A stretch of 64,000 bases of DNA, taken from NCBI GenBank assembly GCA_964023285.1, contig CAXIEN010000093.1, forward strand, positions 2,439,739 to 2,503,738, given 5' to 3'. Below the pieces are notes generated by a model. That model was not told the origin of the DNA. It ran no database searches and was given only the letters and a program-made list of their open reading frames with translations. The stretch comes from Larinioides sclopetarius. Taxonomy: Eukaryota. The position numbers and the translations under genes were made by a program. This document shows positions 52,245 to 61,800 of this stretch, one piece after another (position 1 is the first letter of the stretch; each line of letters opens with the position of its first letter).

Positions 52245-55200
52245 GTATGAAACCATTTTGTTTTCATATTAAAATTTGCTGTGTTACCTTTTTGATAACA
52301 TATTTGTGCTGATTATCCAAAGTGGCTCAATATAGCTGGTTAACCATAAACACTTTCCTGACTCATGTTTCACAAATGAATTGCATTTTTTAATGAAATT
52401 AATTTTATCTGCATACATAAGAAAATGATTTCTAATTTTGTTAATTTATTTTAATAATGGTTCAGGGAAAAAGAAAAAGCAAAGCTGTTGGTGCTGGTGG
52501 TTTGAAATTTTGGATACCAATTTCCATTATGAGAAGACAAAGAATGGATGGATTCAGTGGGGAAATGTATTTATTAGATTAGGTCATTGTATAAATAAAT
52601 GACAATTGTAAAGTCAGAGGGATAAATGAATGATCTGTACCAGCTTGCCATAAAGCAGATTGTAAATTTATCTTTTTTATATTCTTAGTCCAAGTTTTGA
52701 ACAGTGCAGCTCGATTTTAGCAATTATTTTTTCATAGATACAATGGAAGTGAGAAAGGAGTATATTGAGTGCAAGAAAGGCAACAGAGAGTATGAGAAAA
52801 ACTGATACAATAAAGCTTAAACCAGTGACAATTTTTATTCCATTAATTCAGTGTGGGACAAAGCAACATAGGAATGAGTATCATCTTAGTGTTGATAATC
52901 TACAAGTATCTCCAGTGAATGATGATGGAATAAAACCCTGCCATGTCTGTTAAAGAACTAGTTATAAAAATTTAGATTTCGTCATTCAACCATTCATTGA
53001 CACTTGCATGCTATAAAGTAACTCAACAAACTGGGTTGATGGGTTCCCTTCAATTTTTTCCTCTCACTAAGTTCATATAGAGACTGGGTGAGAGTTTTTC
53101 TTCGCTGTCCCATCACAATAATAAACCTTTTTTGTAACAAATAGTGACTTAAACAGTGTCCCTTACAACAATGTCAAGCACAAAAATTAGTGCATTATGA
53201 AAGAAGAAAAGCCAGTACCCCAGACTAAAGAAGGTCTTTATGAACAAAGTGTTGTTGGTAATAAGGTTTCATTCATAAGGTTATACTGTGAACATTTTGA
53301 GCAACTTTAGTCAGAACTTTAAAGAAAAACGAGAATTTTTATTTTCAAGATGAAAAATATTCTTTCATCAGGATTACACTCCAGCATATTAAACAAGAAC
53401 ATCATTACAAAGTCTGGTGGAGTTGAAATTGAAAAGGTGTCCAACTAATCATATTTGCCAGACATTGTCCTATCTGACTATCATTTATTTTGTAGTCTTC
53501 TAAATGATTAGGACAGAAAAGGTTTGATTTTTTTAGATGATGCCAGAACAGTCTGGAGGAGTATTGTTCTTCACAGACAAATGATTTTTCGAAAGAGTAA
53601 GTTTACCAGAAAGAAGAGAATTGAAAAAAAAAATGAAGAGGAATGTATTTTATGTAAAAAAACAATTTTGTATACCTTAATTTTAAATTATAAAAATGTA
53701 TACATGGCAGCAGTTCTTGAGCTTTTTTTTCTGATGTCCAGAAATCTTTTTATCTTTTATAAATCTTTTTTATTTTTGCATACTCCTACTGACATATTCA
53801 ACCACCCACATGCAAATTTAAAACAATCTTAAAAAAACATTAAGGGCTTAGGTAAGCTTAAGAGTCAAATGATTCAAATTAACATAATAGAATTTGTGTA
53901 ATTTATTCTTGATTCTTCATTGTATTACATTTTTACAATAAAATTAATTTAGTGCCAAAATAAATGAAACCAGTATTGAAAGAACTATTAATTTACAATG
54001 ATAACTAGGAATTATATTTTGTAATAATCAACTATTTAAGTGGAAAAAAATTTCATTGAGATCCTTCAGCTTGTGTGCCTCATGCACTGAGTTATGTAAT
54101 ATTAGATTAAAATGAAAGCAATTATAATCTGTAATTGAATTATGCTTCTTGTAATATTTGTTCTTAATATCCACATAATACAAAAATGTTCTTTTCACAA
54201 GTGTCTGTGTTCATGAAAAGTATTAAATGTTTTATGGTTTTAATACTGAGTTCTTAATACAGTTCCTGCACTTCTCCTTGGAAGGCTTTTGGACCTGCAG
54301 AATTTTTACATGAACTGAGCAAAATAAAATTTTGTAACTTTTAATCTCATTTTAACCTATTTTTTCTTGTGTCCATCATTATCAACACTGTTTCCATGTA
54401 CCTCTAACTGACCATTTGTGTATCAGTTGGAGTATATGTAACTACAGGCTGGAAACCTTTTATTTATGGGATGATCCAATACATTTAATTGTTTCTCATA
54501 TTTCATAAGATATCTTTCTTTCATATGTCCTATTTCACTGCTAAAAAGAGTTTTTGGATAAGAATTTTAAGTAATTATGAAGTAAAAAGTAATGTTTTTC
54601 TAAAGTTCAAGCAGATTAATTTCTTTGACAGATAAATATTAGGAATGTTACCAAATTACAGCAAATGTGCCAAATTATCTCTTTTTAATTCATGCATATA
54701 GTTTGATAAATGGAATAATATTTATGTTCAGAGTTCTGTGTTTCATGCCCCTGTCTCCACTCAAATACTTTTGAAACTAGTTTTTGCCAATCTATTTTAA
54801 AATTTGTACTGAGGTATCCGAATATAAAGTTCAGTTTCTTTCTGAATACTCAAATTTTTGTTATAGTTTTCTTACTAAGTAATAAGCTTTATTAAAGATT
54901 TAAAAAGGAATTGTTATGATCAATTCTTAAAAACAATGTTTTAGAACCAGTAGATAGTTAATTCATTAATACATCTTTGGAAAGTAATACCCTGGGGCAT
55001 AATGTAATTTCATTGGTTACAGATGTCATCAGAGGCAAAATATAGGTAAACGAAGACTTATATATTTCCATTCCCTTATCATATTTAGCTTTAAAAGTTC
55101 CCTAAACTCACTATTATTTTTTCTCCATCTCTCAAAGCTGAAAATCTGATTTATGAACCAAATCACAATTTGTCAGCTTCCACATTAGTTTCTGCATTTT

Positions 55201-55690
55201 TCTGTTAGAAATAGTTTTAAGTTATCATTATTAAATTCAAATTCTGGGGCATTCACTTAGTTTTATTCTTGACGATTTTGCATTTGTTGATTGTCAAAGT
55301 ATGTTTAATCCTATAATTGCTAAATATGAATGAATTTGTATAGTTCTGTCCTTTGGAAAATTCAATAAAAATACTTTAACAATTCTCCATTAATCATATG
55401 GGGGTACTAGTGTCGACCATTAATTTTCAAAATGATGTGCTTTCAAAATTCATAGTGAGATTTTATAATCTATAAAAAAATATTCAAACTAGTCTTTTAA
55501 AATTACTTTTTCTTTTTTTTTTGCATTTCTTAGATGTTTATTTTTTTAAATTTGTAGTTGCTATTTCTTTTCTCAGATGAAAACATTTGTAGGAAAAAAA
55601 GAAGACAAAATATTTGCCATAGTATCCCACATGCCTAACAAAAATTTAAGCATCTGATGCAGGGTTAATATGATTTTTTTGTTTTTGTAG

Positions 55691-55837
55691 AATTTCTGTT
55701 CTGAAAGGACATAAGCACATTGTTTCTTGCTGCTGTGCTGATGCTTCGAGTACTATTTTACTTTCATCTTCATGGGATAATTCTGTTCGTCTGTGGAGTC
55801 TCAGAGATGGAAGTTCTATTTCAGTCATTGGTTTTGG
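55691..55837 (+). CDS. NWD1: WD40 exon (RISVLKGHKHIVSCCCADASSTILLSSSWDNSVRLWSLRDGSSISVIGF).
   Basis: GH...SWDNSVRLW is a canonical WD40 repeat. Acceptor tttttgtag|a and donor tttgg|gtaaac. The ORF track lists this region on the minus strand only; the real coding frame is on the plus strand. Confidence 0.65.
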
Positions 55838-55997
55838 GTAAACTTCATTTTATAATTATAAAATTTCATTGTATTTTCTATGTTTAAGAAGAAAGGAACA
55901 AATACTTCAATTTTAGCTGAATCTGTGCTGTCAAGCAATATCTAAATGCTTCTTTAAAATAATAATTTGTTGAACGTTTTACATTTTCTTTTTTTAG

Positions 55998-56106
55998 ATG
56001 TCCTGTAAATTGCATTGACCACCATCCTACAAAACAGCAAGTTGCCTGTGGTTTATGGAGTGGAAATGTTGAAATATGGGATACAGTTTCTCTAGAAAAA
56101 CAGCTT
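55998..56106 (+). CDS. NWD1: WD40 exon (GCPVNCIDHHPTKQQVACGLWSGNVEIWDTVSLEKQL).
   Basis: Acceptor tttttag|a and donor cagctt|gtcagt. Contains the EIWD motif. Confidence 0.55.
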
Positions 56107-56398
56107 GTCAGTTGAAATTTTCTTTCATTATCACTCTCTTTCATTTTCTTCAGTATTTTAAATGTTACATATCTGAATAAATTATTGTTAAACTATTTTT
56201 TTTCTGATTAAGTTTTTGTATTCAAATAACTTTACCAAACAACTATTCAAATTACTAAATACAGCTGATCCACATCAATAAATTCTTTTTGTATTAGTAA
56301 TAATTTATTTTATTTTTTTGATTTTATAAAGTTGTTTGTGTTGTCTTTCATGATTCATAATTAAATGTTATTCAATAATTATCTTTTTATTCTTTCAG

Positions 56399-56518
56399 AA
56401 ACTATCAAGCAGTTATTCTTCAGTTAAATCAATAGTTTATACATTAGATGGTTTGAACTTAATTACATCATATATGAATTCTGATGTGACTATTTGGTCA
56501 TCTGAGCAAGGACTAAAG
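56399..56518 (+). CDS. NWD1: WD40 exon (KLSSSYSSVKSIVYTLDGLNLITSYMNSDVTIWSSEQGLK).
   Basis: Acceptor ttctttcag|a and donor ctaaag|gtttga. 40 codons. Confidence 0.55.
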
Positions 56519-56605
56519 GTTTGAATTTCTTATTGCCAAAATTTTTTTATTCATTCTTCTTCAGTTGCATTTTTTAATGGAATAGATTTTAGCTTAATTA
56601 TACAA

Positions 56606-57348
56606 CAGGGTGACGACAGAACCGGGAAATCAGGGATTTCAGGGAAAAGTCAGGGATTTTTATGGATCTGGAAAAATCAGGGAGAAGTCAGGGAAATTCA
56701 TAAAAATTCCTAAAAATCAGGGGAAATTGCAGATAGGAGCATTTTACACCAAATATGTGCTCGATCAATGGTTAATTTAAAAAGTTATAAGCAAACATTA
56801 ATTATTTGTTATTTTGAGTTATCTATAAATTACTATCTTATGTCTAATATTATTTGTAATAGTAAATGGAATTTTTGTAATTTCTCTAATAAAATATTCT
56901 AAAATATATATTATAAAGCATGTATTATTATTATACTTTTTTTGTTGCAATATGTTATTCTCATACTCAAGCAAAGACCATTAATTAGAAAAAAAAATCT
57001 TAACAACCTTTATTCTTAATATAATTAACTTCTATTGCAAAGTATAATGTTAAAATTGTCAGCATTTTTTACTTATAATAAATATTAATATGCTGTTTTA
57101 AGATTTTTTTAGAATGTTCATTCCCTTTTTTTTAAAAAAAAAAAACTAAATTTCAAAAAATGTTTATTTTTTTCTTATTGAATGACTGGTAAATGTGTTT
57201 TTATAGTATATTGTGCATATGCGGTTATTCTGAGTAGGAAGAAAGCGAGGAAACTAATAAAATTCAGTAACCATAAATCAGGGAAATTTTATTAGTTTAG
57301 TCTGGGAAGTCAGGGAAATTTGTTTCAAAGATTCTGTAGTCACCCTGT
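56606..57348. mobile_element. MITE family A, full-length copy (~740 bp), with TIR CAGGGTGAC...GTCACCCTG.
   Basis: Terminal inverted repeat of about 15 bp (cagggtgacgacagaa / ttctgtagtcaccctg). Flanked by TACAA on both sides, a candidate 5-bp TSD. Internal 'tcagggaaa' sub-repeats. Confidence 0.6.
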
Positions 57349-58704
57349 ACAAATAAGTCATTTATATTCAAAATCTATTGTTATATGAAAGAAAAAATAA
57401 GTTCTAGTTAAAGATTTTTGGGTCACTGTTTTTATTATGTCTGTCTTTATATATTATCTATGGTCAGTGTTGAGATATTAGCATGCACTATTGTGAAAAT
57501 GAGCTTTCTATTATATATTTTAAATTGTTATCAATAAAATAGAAATAGAAATTTGTAATTCCATTCTTAATGTTTGTTCTTTGTTCACGGGTAATGTCTG
57601 TTATTTCTCCTAATGTCAGTATTATATTTCTTTCCAAGAGCTTCGTTCATACTTCATTATTTTACATTCTGTGCTTTTTAAGTTGTAAAGTATTGTCTCT
57701 TTTTTGCATACTAAGATTTCATGGATTTTTCATGACCTAAATAGTTGGTAATTACTCAAATCTGTTGCTCTAATCTGTTTATACAAAATTTTCATACAGT
57801 TTGTATTATATTGTTCCCCTTGTTAGTCTTTAAATCTTTGCTGTATGCTAGTCTTTAAATCTGCGGGTCAAGAAAAAGTATTAGTGTGTTCATGCAAAAT
57901 TTATAAAGCAAATATAATGATAAGGGTAAAAATTAATACCATGCACCAAGAGTCATTTGCCCTCACTATGCTACTGATAAGAGGGACTTTACCTTTCATT
58001 TTATTTGAATTTTGAGAATTTTATGAGTTTTCAGGTTTTAGAATTCTTCATTACAGTGTCTTTGTGTTAATGATTTCATAAAAAAATTATAATGTTTTTC
58101 GTTGAATATATAATTTGCTGAGGATTGAGTGAATTTTTGCATGACCATTTTGGCTTTTTTGAAATAACAGCTCCAAAAGACTATTTAGTAATGTATTTCA
58201 CTTTGTCATTTAACACAAGATTTGTAAAAAATATGCGAAATGAAAAAAGGTTAAGCTTTTAAAATACTTTTACTTTAGATATATTATAAAAAATGATAAT
58301 AAACTGATCTGAAATTATAGGTCCTGCCTATTCCTTTTCTGAAAATTCTAACTCGAAAACTGTTTTTCAAAAAAAAAAATTGTTAGAAATTTAGGTTGCG
58401 CATTAGTTTTGTTTAGTAATAGAAATGATTTAAATGACTGAAATAAAATCTTTATTGCATAAAGGTAAGGAAACATACACACATACACTGTATTTATCTA
58501 TTGCAAAAGACTGTTTAAAAAAATATTTTTGGCTTACTTGTTTATTTTTATATTTGCATCTGTATTTAAAATAAATTGTTTTGTAAAATATAAATTTTAA
58601 TTATTTAAGAAAATATTTTAATTTTTAGGGATATGTGGTAGCTGATTTTTATCTTATTCATTTTAAAATTATATTTTTGTTAAAATCATTTATTATTTTC
58701 TTAG

Positions 58705-58803
58705 ATTTCATGTCTTAAAGGACATGTTTTACCTGTTAAATCAATCAGTTATTCACCTGAAGGGGATAAGATTATCAGTGGAAGTGATGACTGCACTCTC
58801 AAG
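58705..58803 (+). CDS. NWD1: WD40 exon (ISCLKGHVLPVKSISYSPEGDKIISGSDDCTLK).
   Basis: GH...SGSDD.TLK(VW) is a textbook WD40 repeat. Acceptor ttttcttag|a and donor ctcaag|gtaagt. Confidence 0.65.
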
Positions 58804-58926
58804 GTAAGTTTTCAGTTATCCTAAGGTTTATCAAATTTTAAATATTTTAATTAATAGTTTTCTATTTGAATTTCAAACTACATTGGAAAATTATTATATT
58901 GCTTTACAAAATCCTTTTCTCCATAG

Positions 58927-59071
58927 GTTTGGCCTGCTGGATCTGGATTGTCTGTTCGTACCTTTTCTGAATGTAAATTCTTTCCTATTAGTGTTTTGGA
59001 AATCATATCTCCAAATCATTTAGCAATTGGGTATCAAAATTCTGACATCTGGGTTATGGATATGGACACTG
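58927..59071 (+). CDS. NWD1: WD40 exon (VWPAGSGLSVRTFSECKFFPISVLEIISPNHLAIGYQNSDIWVMDMDT).
   Basis: Acceptor ctccatag|g and donor cactg|gtaagt. Confidence 0.6.
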
Positions 59072-59222
59072 GTAAGTGTTGGAACATTTCATGATAAATT
59101 GCTTCTACTGAATCTTGTCATATGTTTAGTGTAAATTATGTTATGAATTTCAAGGGACTCATTCATTATTTCACTCATTCCTTTAAGATATTGTTTCAAT
59201 GCTATTAATTAATTCGTTACAG

Positions 59223-59368
59223 GTTTTGTTACGACAAAGATGTCACTAGAAGCTGATTTAGTTTCATGTTTTAGTAGATTTGACCCACTTACCTATGCAT
59301 CCAAAAACATCAAGGAAAATTGGGTTGATTTATCTGTAGTATTTGGAACCAAGTCTGGTAAAATAATG
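59223..59368 (+). CDS. NWD1: Last recognisable NWD1-like exon (GFVTTKMSLEADLVSCFSRFDPLTYASKNIKENWVDLSVVFGTKSGKIM). It either splices at atg|gtgaga or reads through to TGA at 59381-59383 (..KIMVRLF*).
   Basis: Acceptor cgttacag|g. The frame is open to 59383. No further WD-like exons found downstream in the window. Confidence 0.45.
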
Positions 59369-61535
59369 GTGAGACTTTTCTGATTCTAAATATAATCTTT
59401 AAAAGTACACTTTTTAAAAAAATAATTAAAAACAGTTTTAACACAATAATGCATGCGGAAAATGTACTTTTATGTTTTTCTTAGACTGTCACTGGAGCAC
59501 GGGTCACGTAAAAGTATGTGTATAGTAGATTTTTGCTAGAAAGTGGGTAACCTATAAATACGATGCACGATTGTCTGGTGTTTGTGTTGCTAGGCAACGA
59601 TTTGCATTGTTTCTTTTCAGAAATCGAGTTTGTCAGGTTACTTTGTCTTCTGTCCAGTTACTAGCTCCTGAATGTAGGAGTTTTGTAAATTTGAAGTTTC
59701 TTTTTATTATTATTAATTACAACCTTAATAAAATGAGCCATTGTGATAAAGATAGTAATTAAGAAATATGTGCTGATGGATTATTGGATTTTTCATATGA
59801 TTGTAATATTGAAAACCAAGATAACAAAGAAAGCAACGATAATGATGTTTTTCCATGTTCTAGAATGTTCACCCGAAGAACTATTTCTAGCAGTTCTGAA
59901 ACAAATTCTGATGAAGAAGTAAATGAATGGTCTTCGACTGACAACCCACCAGTAGGGCTAGGCCGATTTTCGATTTATCGAAAAAAAAATTGATATTTCA
60001 AAAGATATCGATTTTTCGATTTCGATATTTTAAAATATTGATATATCGAAGATCGAATCGTCTTACCTCAAAGGCAATCTAGTCTCGATCAATCGTCTCA
60101 CTTTTGTCTCAGTTGAATCGTCTCAAATCGTTCATCATTGTTAAAAGTACGAAACCCATCTTTTTTGCCCTCCAGTGATTCTCAGAAAAAGGGGACGACC
60201 ACCCATTTTAGTACAGGAAGCTGTTCCTCTCCCCCTTTTCGTGCGCTCCTCGTTTCAAAACACAAAACCTTATCGACAATCTGAACTCGTCTACAAGTAA
60301 TTTGTTAGAGTGCTTGATTGTCGATTACCGCTAATTATTCGGATGCTTTGATCGCCAAATCTCGACTTGAGCCGTCCCGTTGTGCATTTATTAAGCTGGT
60401 GAAAAATAATCGGGCTAACAGAACATGCTTTGATTTTTACATGATTTCAATGCTTAATCTTGATTGTGGGCGATAAATTGCCAAACCTTAAATTATATCA
60501 TTTCTAAACAGAAATTTGCTTACTTTACTGAAGTTTTAATATTTGTTTTCTTTCCGTATTACATTTTATTTCGTTTCTTTTTTCCCTATACTGTATTTCT
60601 TCGTATTATTTTAAAAACATTTTAAAAAATTATATTTCGTTTACTGATTATCTCTGCTCTGTTTTTAAACTTAAATTATTAATCTTGTGCATTCTGCCTA
60701 TATTTTTTTTCTGTAAAATTTCTAAACAGTTTTTTTATTTCATTAAATTAATCGTATTTAAACTCAGTGTCAAATATTATTTCATACGATTAATTGTAAT
60801 TGAGTAAAAAATTAAATATATCTTTAGCTTAACTTTTATTAAATTGTGTAAACTTTCAGGATTTAATTATACTTAATTGAAACAAATGTATCAGCTGTTC
60901 TTTTTTTTTAATCCATTATCTAAAAGTCATGAAAACAATATATTATGTGAAAAATTTAACGTGACAAACTGTAATGGTTTCTAAAATTTAAAAAAAATGT
61001 TAAAAAGTTATATATGTATTTAAATTACTAGAATTCAAAAAATGCTACTGAAAAGACAAAATGCGCCATGAGATTTGACTTATAAAATAAAAATTTATAA
61101 ATTGCGAAGAAATATAGTTAGAGGAAATGTACTATACAAATATTAGATTTGGTGAAATTTTATGTTTTGGAATAAAATGTAGATAGATTTGGATTACTTC
61201 TGCATTATTTTTTCAATAGTTTGAAGCTTTTGTTTAATAAACGAGTAAAATATGTATACGAGACATATTTATATATGCAATGCAACTATGCTTATGCGAT
61301 AACATTTTTCAATATTTTTTTAGATAAACCTTTTAACTATAAATTCAACGTAACGTAAAAAGAAATTTGAAATTTATGGAATAATTCGTAACCATCCTAA
61401 AATTGCTACTAAATTCATTTTAAAAGTAAGCAAATAATATGATACATAATTTGCATAAATAACTAAAATGAATAATTTATACAACTAAATAATGTACTTT
61501 CGACATTTTAACAGACAAACTTTATTTATTCCAAA

Positions 61536-61800
61536 AACGAAAAGACGGCTGCCAAGCCTGGCATGTATAAATATTTAAAACTTAAATTTTTAGAAACAGG
61601 TTATGATGAGTTTGTCTAAGGAAGAAGGGTTTCTATCAACAAGTCATGATTAACCACTTCACTTAGATGTGAAAAATTCATGATTTGGAAATTAAGAACC
61701 AGAACTTAATAAGCTTGGGTATTTGATATCACACCATTTTTTAGTCACAGCTTCTTTTTTTTAAGCTTGGCGTTTTTTTTACTATTTAAAAGATTTTTTA
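61536..61800 (+). repeat. ~265-bp repeat, copy 1 of two direct copies (copy 2 at 62711-62965).
   Basis: gacggc[t/c]gccaagcctggcatgtataaatatttaaaacttaaatttttagaaacaggttatgatgagttt...aagcttggcgtttttttac is about 90% identical between the two copies, which lie 1.17 kb apart. Confidence 0.7.

Noticed and set aside
55646-55828. Minus-strand 60-aa ORF
   Set aside because: It is antisense to the WD40 exon 55691-55837, where the plus-strand translation shows a canonical GH...WD repeat.
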